Source: an uncultured bacterium (GTDB lineage: Bacteria; Chloroflexota; UBA5177; JANWHV01). Taken from it: a stretch of DNA of 64,000 nucleotides. The position numbers and the translations under genes are program-made. Every line of letters begins with the position of its first letter. The first letter of the stretch is position 1. The stretch lies in NCBI GenBank assembly GCA_963827235.1, contig CAWHAE010000015.1:18741-82740 (forward strand). Direction: 5' to 3'. This document shows, piece by piece, positions 18,448 to 26,852 of this stretch. Under the pieces are notes generated by a model that worked only from the letters and a program-made list of their open reading frames with translations, had not been told where the DNA came from and made no database searches.

Positions 18448-21400
18448 CGCTGCCCTGCCAGGGAGCGGTGGTTACCCAGCGCTCGAGCTCGGCGGCCGGC
18501 ACAGGGTGGCTCATGTGGAAGCCCTGCCCGATGTCGCAGCCCAGCTCGGCCAGCCGCCCCAGCGTTATCTCGTCTTCGATTCCTTCGGCTACCACGGCGA
18601 GGCCGAGGCTGTGACTCAAGTCGATGATCGAGTGCACGAGGGCCTCGTCGCGTCTGCCGGGCGCCATGGTCGAGACGAACGATCGGTCGATCTTGATCTC
18701 GTCTACCGGCAGCTGTTTGAGGAAGGCCAACGAGGAGAAGCCGGTTCCGAAGTCGTCGATGGCAATATGCACGCCCGCTGCCGACAGGGTGGTCAGGACG
18801 TCCAGCGTGTGCTCGAGATCCGCCATCAGGGCGTTCTCGACGATCTCCAGGGTCAGGCAGTAGGGTGGGACTCCGTGCTCGCGTAACGCGGCGAACACCA
18901 TGGTTGCCAGCTCCGGGCTCTGCAGTAGCCGCGCCGAGATGTTGACCGCCACCCTCAGTCCGAGGCCCTTCCGTCGCCACTCGGCACACTGGCGCACCGC
19001 GGTGTCGAGCACCCACCGTGTCAGGGGAATGCCTGCGCCGATGCGCTCGGCAAGGGGCAGAAACCGCGCCGGCGGGATGAAGCCATGGCGCGGATGGTGC
19101 CAGCGCAGCAGCGCCTCAACCGTGGCCACCTGCTTCGTGCCGAGGTCGATCAACGGCTGGTAGTAGAGATGGAGACCGCCGGTATTCAGGGCATGCATGA
19201 ACTCCTGCGGCAGGGCCAGGTAGTCGGGGTTGTGCTCGTCGAGGACGATGTCGTAGAGGGCGTGGCCGCTTCCCGCGTGCTTCGCCGCGTACATTGCTAC
19301 GTCCGCGTGAGCGACGAGGGTCGCGGCATCGTCTCCGTGCAGAGGATAGAGCGCGATGCCGATGCTGGCGGCCATCGTGGGGCAGTGCCCCTCGATCTCG
19401 ATCGGCTTCTGCAGCGCTCTGCCGATCCGCGCCGCGATGTCGACCGCGGTTTGCTCGTTGGCATCCGGCAGAATGATCGCGAACTCGTCGCCGCCCAGGC
19501 GCGCAATCGTGTCCGGCGCACGCACGGCAGCACGCAGGCGCTCGGCGACCACTTTCAGGACAAGGTCGCCGAAGCCATGGCCAAACGCATCGTTGACTTC
19601 CTTGAATCTGTCAAGGTCGAGCAAGCACATGGCGAGCGACGTCTGCTCGCGCCTGGCGACGCGCAACGCTTGCTCGATGCGGTCACCGAACAGGGCGCGA
19701 TTCGGCATGCCGGTGAGCACGTCGTGCATGGCCTGGTGCTGCAGCGCTTCCTCGATCTGCTTCCTCTCGGTGATGTCGCGGCTGTTGAGGATAATGCCCC
19801 TGATAGCGGGATCGGAGCTTCGATCGTTTGCCTTCACCTCGAGGATTCGCCAACTGCCGTCCGCGTGCTGCATGCGGACTTCGCCAACGACGAACGAGCC
19901 GCCGTAGCGCCCCGCGCCGGCGAGGGCGGCAGTGAGATGCTCCGCATCGTCGGGGTGCAGCCAGGCAGCCAGGTGCGTGCCCAGCAAGCGCTGCGCGGAG
20001 ATGCCCAGGAGTGCCTCGTGTGACGGGCTGGCGTAGGTGACCGTCTCCTCGGCGCCGACGATGAGCATCAGGTCGGTGGCATGCTCCACAAGCGCCCTGA
20101 AGTACTGCTCCCGCTGCTGCGCGGCCTGCCGCTGTTGATCGGCCAGGAGGCCAAGCGCCTCCCGCTCCAGGACGACGGTGAGCTGCGCCAGCCACTGTCG
20201 CAGCGAATCGTGTGCTTCGCGAAACTGGCCGCCGGCGGGAAAGACGACCGCGAGATATCCCCATTGCTTTTCCCGCGTGCCGAGCGGGAACACAGACACC
20301 GTCTGCGGCATGGATCGCTCCACGCATGCCTCGAGAAATTCTGCCGGCGGAAACGCCTGCACGGCGACGCGCTTGCCAACCGCGGCGGCCGCGGCACCGT
20401 CGTCTCCCAGGACGGCGCGAATCTCCAGCCGGCGCTCTCCTCCCCTCGTGCCCTCTCGCCAGAGAGCAAGGCAACAGCGCCGGAGGGCCGCCAGGCGCGC
20501 CCATTCGAGATCGCCCGTACTGCCCGAGGAGCGAGCCAGTGCTACGCTCACGTCGTAGGCGCGGTGCATCGTGGTCTCGTGAGTCCGCCTGGCACGTGTG
20601 CCGGCGAACATGGCACTGCGCAGCACCGATAAGCGTGACTGCTCGAGGAACGCGGCCAGCCGGTCGGGCGCGCCTTCGTCCGCGATGTCGCCCTGCTCGA
20701 GACGGGCCTCGCCCGCCTGCTCAATGGTCAACAGCAGGGAATGCAGGGTGTCCGTGCTCGCGGTGGCCGTACAGCCCTGCCGCCATGCCTCGTCCAGGCG
20801 CGCCGTGTCCAGCGGCCCGGCGCCGCGCAGTGCGCCGTCGAACGCCTCCGCGATTGCGCCGACGCCTGGCCAGAGCTGTTCGGCAGACGTAAGCCTGTCC
20901 GGATGGCGCGGCCAGAGGAGCTGAGCGGCGAGTTGATCGGCGAGCCATGCCGGCCAATCCGTGCGCGGCATACCCTGCAGCCGGTCCCGCGCCATGCTGC
21001 CGTCACCCGCGCAGCCGCAGGAGCGGCGGCAGACGAACGTGGTCGGCACCAGCACGACGCCGCCCGAGGCCGACTCGCCGGCGAGCAGGGCGAGCAACTG
21101 TTCGGCGGCCGCGACTCCCAGGGCGCTGAACGTCTGCCGCACACTGGTGAGCGGGGGCGTGCTGTACTGTGCCAGGTCGATATCGTCGAATCCGATAATC
21201 GCCATGTCGTCGGGTACGCGACAGCCTGCTTTCTGCAGCACCTCCAGCGCGCCGATCGCGTTGGCATCGGTGGCAGCCAGGATCGCCGTGCAGGGCATTC
21301 CCGCGGCCAGCATGGCGGTCGCGGCCACCCGCCCGCCTTCTTCGATACAGTCGGAGGCCGCGAAGAAGAGCTCAGAATCGGGACTGATGCCGGCTCCGAG

Positions 21401-21946
21401 CAATGCCGCGCGGTAGCCTTCGTAGCGCTCGAGCGGATCCTCCTGCTCGAGCCAGCCCATGAAGGCAATGCGCCGGTGGCCGTGGGCCAGCAGATGGCGG
21501 ACCGCGGTGGCCGCACCTCCGCGGTTATCGGGCACGACGGACGGAAACAGGGGGACGGGATTGTGGGCGCTCACGGTGACGATCGGCTTGCCCCCGGCTA
21601 CCAGGGCCTGCAGCCCTTCCTCCGTCAGCGAATCCGCGATCACGATGAAGCCATCCATGTGATCCTGGGCGATCGGCAGCAAGGGGGCCGGGTTCATCCG
21701 GTCATAGGCCCACGGCTCGGCTTGCTGAACTGCAACCACTCCCGTGCCGCGCCGGGTAGCAACGGCGTCGATGCCGGCCATGACGTCGCCGTAGTAGAAC
21801 CCGCCCACGAGCGAGGACAGCACGCCGATGGTCCGGCGGCGCGGATGAGCAGGCTGAGCCAAATTCCCACTTGTCGATACGGCACCCATGAGGCGATGAG
21901 TTCCTTTCGACCGTCCGCGGACGCTTGCCGGCGGGACCTCTCTCAC
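18416..21946 (-). CDS. Cytosolic LacI-type sugar-binding (Peripla_BP) domain / PAS / GGDEF / EAL signalling protein
   Basis: N-terminus resembles the LacI/PurR ligand-binding core without an HTH (IGVLSS..., IAFMGW, ATDANAIGALEVL, IIGFDD). It is followed by ~300 aa of unknown sequence, PAS, RLGGDEFAI, and EALLRWHHP...DDFGTGFSSL. Start could be Met20 (21889). Confidence 0.85.
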   Translation of the reverse strand: MREVPPASVRGRSKGTHRLMGAVSTSGNLAQPAHPRRRTIGVLSSLVGGFYYGDVMAGIDAVATRRGTGVVAVQQAEPWAYDRMNPAPLLPIAQDHMDGFIVIADSLTEEGLQALVAGGKPIVTVSAHNPVPLFPSVVPDNRGGAATAVRHLLAHGHRRIAFMGWLEQEDPLERYEGYRAALLGAGISPDSELFFAASDCIEEGGRVAATAMLAAGMPCTAILAATDANAIGALEVLQKAGCRVPDDMAIIGFDDIDLAQYSTPPLTSVRQTFSALGVAAAEQLLALLAGESASGGVVLVPTTFVCRRSCGCAGDGSMARDRLQGMPRTDWPAWLADQLAAQLLWPRHPDRLTSAEQLWPGVGAIAEAFDGALRGAGPLDTARLDEAWRQGCTATASTDTLHSLLLTIEQAGEARLEQGDIADEGAPDRLAAFLEQSRLSVLRSAMFAGTRARRTHETTMHRAYDVSVALARSSGSTGDLEWARLAALRRCCLALWREGTRGGERRLEIRAVLGDDGAAAAAVGKRVAVQAFPPAEFLEACVERSMPQTVSVFPLGTREKQWGYLAVVFPAGGQFREAHDSLRQWLAQLTVVLEREALGLLADQQRQAAQQREQYFRALVEHATDLMLIVGAEETVTYASPSHEALLGISAQRLLGTHLAAWLHPDDAEHLTAALAGAGRYGGSFVVGEVRMQHADGSWRILEVKANDRSSDPAIRGIILNSRDITERKQIEEALQHQAMHDVLTGMPNRALFGDRIEQALRVARREQTSLAMCLLDLDRFKEVNDAFGHGFGDLVLKVVAERLRAAVRAPDTIARLGGDEFAIILPDANEQTAVDIAARIGRALQKPIEIEGHCPTMAASIGIALYPLHGDDAATLVAHADVAMYAAKHAGSGHALYDIVLDEHNPDYLALPQEFMHALNTGGLHLYYQPLIDLGTKQVATVEALLRWHHPRHGFIPPARFLPLAERIGAGIPLTRWVLDTAVRQCAEWRRKGLGLRVAVNISARLLQSPELATMVFAALREHGVPPYCLTLEIVENALMADLEHTLDVLTTLSAAGVHIAIDDFGTGFSSLAFLKQLPVDEIKIDRSFVSTMAPGRRDEALVHSIIDLSHSLGLAVVAEGIEDEITLGRLAELGCDIGQGFHMSHPVPAAELERWVTTAPWQGSVSGPIDEMGL

Positions 21947-22372
21947 GCGGAAATGCAGTCCCGAGCTCGCACGGGACCGGTCGCACGACGAGCGCCGGCC
22001 GCGGCGTCACCGGGTAGCACCAGCATACTTCCTTCGCCGTCGCCGTGCACAACGTATCTGGACAGCCGGGCCGTCCAGGCGTCCCTGAAATCCGCTCCTG
22101 CCGGCCAATAGACGGGCCGGCGACGGCGCACCTGGATCCGGGACCGATCGGACATCTTGCCCGCTCCGTCCGCCGCCAGGAGGCCAGCGAGACGCTCGCG
22201 GTTCCGGTGTGTTTGCCAGCAGTGTCAAATCTGTGATCCGGCGCTTTGGTCCGCCGATCCCGGGATCACTCTTGCCTACCTCCGGACATGTCCGGCATAG
22301 CTGTCATCGTCGCGAGGCGACAGCCCGCTGCCTCACACTCTCCAGGCGTGCCCTCACGGGGTCGAGTGGCGG

Positions 22373-22816
22373 TCAGGAGGCGCGGCAGTCGCCGCAGTAG
22401 CCGAACAGGGTGATCGCGTGGCCCGTTATCTGGTACAGCGTCTGCTGCTCCAGCAGCGGACCGAGGCGCGACAGCAGACAGCCATCCAGATCCTCGACGC
22501 GGCCGCAGCGCGTGCATACCAGGTGGTGATGGTGACGGGGCGAGCAGTAGACGTACTTGCTCTCGTGGTTGTCCTGCGGAAATCTTGTTGCCGCGCCCAC
22601 TTCCACCAGGAGCTCGAGGGTGCGGTACACCGTCGCCTGCCCGATGGCCGGCTGCTCCTCGCGCAGGGCAAGATGCAGCTCGCGAGGCGTGACCGACGTT
22701 TGCTGACTCATCAGAGCGGCGAGAATGGCACGCCGCTGGGGCGTCGCCACGTGGTGCCGCTCCTCTATTCGGCGCATGACGTCGTCCTGCTCGGCTGCCG
22801 CGTGTTGCATACCCAT
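22373..22816 (-). CDS. Fur-family metalloregulator, Zur-like
   Basis: Winged-helix TPQRRAIL...ATVYRTLELL, plus HHHHLVCTRCGRV and GYCGDC metal sites. Last gene of the metal ABC operon. Confidence 0.85.
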   Translation of the reverse strand: MGMQHAAAEQDDVMRRIEERHHVATPQRRAILAALMSQQTSVTPRELHLALREEQPAIGQATVYRTLELLVEVGAATRFPQDNHESKYVYCSPRHHHHLVCTRCGRVEDLDGCLLSRLGPLLEQQTLYQITGHAITLFGYCGDCRAS

Positions 22817-22819
22817 ACT

Positions 22820-23692
22820 TTACCTCGGGGCGATCCTCGCGTGTGTGCGTGCCACCGACACCATGCTCCCGGCCGGCGTCCGTCGATTCCTGAGCCACGG
22901 CGCCAGCAGGCGGGCGGCGAAATATACCGCGCCCACGAGGGCCGAGATCAGAAAGCCGACCGGCCAACCGGTATCGTAGGCGGCGACCATGCCTATCCAG
23001 ACGGCCGACACGGCTATGCCGACCGCGGCCAACAGCGCCCGCCAAGGCGTGCTGGTCAAGTAGGTCGCGGCAGCGGCCGGCCCGATCATCAAGCTGAAGA
23101 TCAGCAGCGTACCGACGGTCGGCACCGTAACGGCGGCGGCCACTCCTACCACGACGAGAAAGCCGACCCCAACCGCCATCGTGGGCACGCCTCGCGCCTG
23201 GGCCAGCTCGTAGTGGAGGGTGGTGAGCAACAGCGGCCGGTAGAGGGCGGCCAGCACGAGCAGGCAGCCGAGCGACAGCAGGGCGGTCTGCCAGACCATG
23301 TCGCGGCTGATGCCCACGATACTGCCGAACAGCAGGCTAAAGGCCGCGGAGGCGTAGGAGTTGTTGAGGCTGAGAAACAGCGCCCCGGCGCCCAGCGCCG
23401 CCACGAGGATGAGGGCCGTCGTCACGTCGCGTCCATGCTCGCGCGCGCCGAGCATGCCCATGCTAACCGCGCCACCGACCGCGAATATCACCAGGCCCCA
23501 GATCGGCTCGATGCCCAGTAGCACTGCCCCGGCCGCCCCGGCGAAGCCAATCTGCGCCAGCGAGTGGGCCGCGAAGCTGAGCCCGCGCAGGACCACGAAG
23601 AAGCCGACCACGCCCGCCACCACGGCGACGATCGTGCCGGTAACCAGCGCGTTCTGCATGAAGGGCTGGCTGAACATCTCAGGATGCAGCAT
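22820..23692 (-). CDS. Metal (Zn/Mn) ABC transporter permease, ABC-3 family
   Basis: Track ORF 22820..23716. Met9 (23692) overlaps the upstream stop by 14 nt. Polytopic; paralogous to the next gene. Confidence 0.85.
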   Translation of the reverse strand: MLHPEMFSQPFMQNALVTGTIVAVVAGVVGFFVVLRGLSFAAHSLAQIGFAGAAGAVLLGIEPIWGLVIFAVGGAVSMGMLGAREHGRDVTTALILVAALGAGALFLSLNNSYASAAFSLLFGSIVGISRDMVWQTALLSLGCLLVLAALYRPLLLTTLHYELAQARGVPTMAVGVGFLVVVGVAAAVTVPTVGTLLIFSLMIGPAAAATYLTSTPWRALLAAVGIAVSAVWIGMVAAYDTGWPVGFLISALVGAVYFAARLLAPWLRNRRTPAGSMVSVARTHARIAPR

Positions 23693-24587
23693 AGCCGTGC
23701 ATCCTCTCGGGGCCACGATCGGTCAGCCGGCCGCGCTTCCGGCGAAATGCCGGGCCCACGGCGCGGGCACAGAGATACGCCAGAAGCGCGAGCGTGCAGA
23801 TGAAGAACGAGACGGGCCAGCCCTTTTCGCCCGGAGGCCAGTAGTAGCTGTCGTAGGAAAGGACGATACCGGCCCAGGTCTCTACGACGCCGATCATGCC
23901 GGCCAGGATCATGCCGGCAGCAGGCCGCGCCGACAGGTAGGAGGCGGTGGCCGGCGGACCGATCAGGAGCGCGGTGCTGAGCAGCACGCCCACCACCTGC
24001 GCGGCCTCGGCCACGGCGACGGCCATGCAGACCAGGAAGAGAGCGGAGACCACGCGCACGGGCACGCCCCGCGCCTCCGCCACCAGGGGGCTGACCGAGC
24101 AGAAGAGCAAGGGCCGGTAGAGCACGGCCAGCACGAGCAGGCAGGCTACGCCGATCACGACCATCACGCGCGTCGTATCGGCATCGATCTCGAAGACCGA
24201 TCCGAAGAGCAGCGTGAACGGCTGGCTGACGAAGCGCGTGCTGATATACAGAAAGAGAGCGCCGATGCCGAGCGCAAGAGCCAGGATCACGCCGGTGGCG
24301 ACATCGCGCTCGCGCGCCCGATCGCCGAGCGAGCCGACGCCGAGCGCCGCCGCGACGCAAAACACCAGCAGACCCCAGAGAGCGTTGATACCCAGAAGCC
24401 CGGCCCCGGCTCCGCCCGTGAAGCCGATGTCCGTCACCGCGTGTCCGATGAAGCTCAGGCCGCGCAGCACGACGAAGAAGCCGATCAGGGCGGAGACGAG
24501 CGCGACCACCGTGCCCGCCTGCAGCGCCGTCACGACCTGGTCGTTCTGCAGCATGTCGAAGATGTTCTGCTGGAGCCAATCACGCAT
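23679..24587 (-). CDS. Metal (Zn/Mn) ABC transporter permease, ABC-3 family (second copy)
   Basis: Track ORF, 302 aa, polytopic. Shares the FFVVLRGLSF and LLFGS motifs with its paralogue. Confidence 0.85.
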   Translation of the reverse strand: MRDWLQQNIFDMLQNDQVVTALQAGTVVALVSALIGFFVVLRGLSFIGHAVTDIGFTGGAGAGLLGINALWGLLVFCVAAALGVGSLGDRARERDVATGVILALALGIGALFLYISTRFVSQPFTLLFGSVFEIDADTTRVMVVIGVACLLVLAVLYRPLLFCSVSPLVAEARGVPVRVVSALFLVCMAVAVAEAAQVVGVLLSTALLIGPPATASYLSARPAAGMILAGMIGVVETWAGIVLSYDSYYWPPGEKGWPVSFFICTLALLAYLCARAVGPAFRRKRGRLTDRGPERMHGYAAS

Positions 24588-24597
24588 AGCAGCCTAC

Positions 24598-25431
24598 TCA
24601 CCCATGAGCGTGGCACTCGCGCTCGAGCTCACCGCCGCCGATCACGTCGCCGCCGGCCACGACCAGTATGCGCCCGTGCACGTGCAGAACGTCGACGGGA
24701 TAGCCGTAGAGCGCGCTCAGCACGTCCGAACGCACCACCTCGTCGACCTGGCCGATGGCCGAACGTCCTTCCGCCAGGTAGAGCACGCGATCCATCACGG
24801 GGAGCAAGGGGTTCATGTCATGAGCGACCAGCATGACGGCCACCGTCTGCTCCCTGCCCAGACGCGCCACCAGCTGCACCACTTCATGCGCGCTGCGCAG
24901 ATCGAGATTGGCCAGGGGTTCGTCGAGCAGCAGCAGCCGCGGCCGCACGAGCAGGGCCTGGGCGATCATCAAGCGCTGCTGCTCTCCGCCCGACAAACGC
25001 CCGACCGGCGCATCCGCGAAATCCAGCGCGTCCACCCACTGCAATGCCTCGTCGATGCGCCGGCGCCTGGCGGCACTGGGGAAGGCGATGCCCCATCGCT
25101 GGCCGTCGAGTCCCAGGGCGACGAGATCGCGGGCGCGCAGCGGCGTGTCGGGATCGAACTGCTGTTTCTGGGGCACGTAGCCCACCGCGGCATTGCCGCG
25201 CTTGGCCGGCTGGCCGAACAGGCGGACCGATCCCGTGCTCGGTCGCAAGAGACCCAGAATCACCCGCAACAGGGTCGTCTTGCCGGCGCCGTTCGTGCCG
25301 ATCACGCCGATGAACTCGCCCGGCCTCACCTCGAGGCAGATGTCACGCAGCACCGGATGGCCGCCAAGGCTCAGACCGGCATGCTCCAGGCTCAACACGG
25401 GAGCGGTCGCGATGGACTGTGACGCCGTCAC
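24598..25431 (-). CDS. Metal ABC transporter ATP-binding protein
   Basis: Lower part of track ORF 24598..26376. GTG at 25431 overlaps the binding-protein stop (GTGA). Walker A GTNGAGKT, signature LSGGEQQR, Walker B LLLLDEP. Confidence 0.85.
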   Translation of the reverse strand: MTASQSIATAPVLSLEHAGLSLGGHPVLRDICLEVRPGEFIGVIGTNGAGKTTLLRVILGLLRPSTGSVRLFGQPAKRGNAAVGYVPQKQQFDPDTPLRARDLVALGLDGQRWGIAFPSAARRRRIDEALQWVDALDFADAPVGRLSGGEQQRLMIAQALLVRPRLLLLDEPLANLDLRSAHEVVQLVARLGREQTVAVMLVAHDMNPLLPVMDRVLYLAEGRSAIGQVDEVVRSDVLSALYGYPVDVLHVHGRILVVAGGDVIGGGELERECHAHG

Positions 25432-26372
25432 TGGATCTTCTCGGTGGAGATGCCCTTGCTCAGTGCCAGCCTGGTGGCCTGGAGCTCGGCAAGCATCCAC
25501 CGCTGGTAGGTCTGGGACGGGGGCTCGGTCTCGTAAACGCCGACCACGGCGATATGGTGGGAGCGTGCCAGCGCGAGCAGCTTGACGGTGATCGGCGCCA
25601 CGGCTTGCTGATTGTAGAAGAAGACCTTGACCTCGTTCTTGGTGAAGAGGTTGATCTCGGTCTGCGCGTCCTGCGGCGCCGGGTCGTTGCCTTGCATGAT
25701 CGCCAGAGCAAACGAGCTGGGCGTCAAGATCTTCAGTCCGAGCGCCAGCGCTTCGTAGCTGAAGACGGGCTCGGTGATGGCGACCGGCGTGCCGGCGTAC
25801 TGCTTTCTCACGGCCGCGATGCCGTCGATCCAGGGCTTGAGCGAGGCGTCGAAGGCACGCAGGTTGGCGGCGAAGGTGGCGGCACCGGCACGATCTTGCC
25901 TGGTCAGCTCGGCGGCTATCAGCGTGGCGACGCGCGGCATGGTCGCCGGATCGTACCAAATATGCGGATTGTCGCCGGCCTTGTACCCGAGCCTGTCGCC
26001 GGCGTCGAGCACGACACGGCCCGCCTTCGGCGAGGCATTCTCCAGCTTGACCATGAACGAGTCGTAGCCGAGGCCGTTCTGCACGATCAGCGTCGCCCTG
26101 GCTACCGCGGCGGCATCGGTGGTGTTGGACTCGTAGGCATGGGGGTCGACATTCGGGTCGCTCAGCATGCTGAACACCGCGACGTGCGCGCCGCCGATTT
26201 GCTTTATCACGTCTCCATAAACGTTGGTCGAGGCGACCGCCTGCACGATCGTGCCGGCAGCACGCGCCGACGGCGCCCGCGGCACCGCTGCGCCGGCGCA
26301 GAGGACCGCTAGAGCCAGGAATCGTAGGACGCGGCGGCGTGCGACGGCATGATTCGGCGATATCAGATGCAT
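25428..26372 (-). CDS. Metal ABC transporter substrate-binding protein (ZnuA/TroA-like)
   Basis: Signal peptide plus cluster-9 SBP pattern (DPHAYE, NGLGYD, DNPHIWYDP, ITEPVFSY). Confidence 0.85.
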   Translation of the reverse strand: MHLISPNHAVARRRVLRFLALAVLCAGAAVPRAPSARAAGTIVQAVASTNVYGDVIKQIGGAHVAVFSMLSDPNVDPHAYESNTTDAAAVARATLIVQNGLGYDSFMVKLENASPKAGRVVLDAGDRLGYKAGDNPHIWYDPATMPRVATLIAAELTRQDRAGAATFAANLRAFDASLKPWIDGIAAVRKQYAGTPVAITEPVFSYEALALGLKILTPSSFALAIMQGNDPAPQDAQTEINLFTKNEVKVFFYNQQAVAPITVKLLALARSHHIAVVGVYETEPPSQTYQRWMLAELQATRLALSKGISTEKIQ

Positions 26373-26385
26373 ACAAGCTCTTCAG

Positions 26386-26416
26386 TGATAATCGTTCTCA
26401 TCGACAACCATTATCA
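26386..26416 (-). promoter_or_regulatory. Two adjacent Fur/Zur-box-like palindromes upstream of the metal ABC operon
   Basis: Minus-strand reading is TGATAATGGTTGTCG-A-TGAGAACGATTATCA, 14-44 nt upstream of the ATG at 26372. It fits the TGAnAAnnnTTnTCA pattern. AT-rich in a GC-rich background. Confidence 0.5.
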
Positions 26417-26479
26417 TAGTGGCCTGGCCGGCAGCCGTCAAGGAGGAGCGCCGCCCCATCCTTCGGAAGCGGGCCCTGG

Positions 26480-26530
26480 TTTACGCGGTGTTTATACGCT
26501 GCCGGCTTCCTGTTTACGCGCTCGTTTATG
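26480..26530 (+). promoter_or_regulatory. Candidate KdpE binding sites (direct-repeat half-sites) upstream of kdp
   Basis: TTTACG-cggtg-TTTATA (26480..26496) and TTTACG-cgctcg-TTTATG (26513..26530). The E. coli KdpE site is TTTATA-N5-TTTACA. A TAGAGT -10-like hexamer lies at 26540..26545. Confidence 0.5.
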
Positions 26531-26667
26531 CCTCGCCCGTAGAGTGTGTTCTGGATGGATGAGGCGAGGGACCCGCCCGGCGAGCCCCTCAACGTCGCTC
26601 GTGGTAATTCCGCGTGCGCAAGGTGCCGCGCGAATCGCCGGAGCGACGGGGAAATGCGGAGGTAACG

Positions 26668-26769
26668 GTGGCATTCGACCTCTGGCTGATGATTGTGACG
26701 GTCCTGTTCTTCCTGGCGACCGTCGTGTTCGCGATTGGCTGCGACCGACTGATGGGGACGAAGCGATGA
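26668..26769 (+). CDS. Unannotated 33-aa hydrophobic peptide, translationally coupled to kdpF
   Basis: GTG start 5 nt after GGAGG (26658..26662). Encodes (M)AFDLWLMIVTVLFFLATVVFAIGCDRLMGTKR. The stop TGA overlaps the kdpF ATG (ATGA at 26766). High GC3. Too short for the ORF track. Confidence 0.4.
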   Translation: MAFDLWLMIVTVLFFLATVVFAIGCDRLMGTKR

Positions 26770-26852
26770 TCCAGAACATTCTGCTGTCTATCGTCTCGCT
26801 GCTCGTGCTCGTGTATCTCTTTGTTGCCTTGATCAGGCCGGAGGTGTTCTGA
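26766..26852 (+). CDS. kdpF: K+-transporting ATPase subunit F
   Basis: 28-aa MIQNILLSIVSLLVLVYLFVALIRPEVF. Its stop overlaps the kdpA ATG (TGATG). Confidence 0.8.
   Translation: MIQNILLSIVSLLVLVYLFVALIRPEVF

Noticed and set aside
25432-26376. Upper part of the 592-aa track ORF 24598..26376, fused to the ABC ATPase.
   Set aside because: This part is Arg-rich nonsense overlapping, in another frame, the well-supported substrate-binding protein (25428..26372). The ATPase starts at the GTG at 25431.
26540-26667. Possible c-di-AMP (ydaO-type) riboswitch in the kdp leader. Prompted by GCGAGGGACCCGC, GGUAAUUCC and ACGGGGAAA-like words, and by the known ydaO-kdp association.
   Set aside because: The most conserved ydaO segment (ACCCGnCAGCUAACC...) is absent, and the order of the similar words does not fit the consensus. 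The region more likely holds ordinary GC hairpins plus the RBS of the small ORF. An Rfam cmsearch would settle it.
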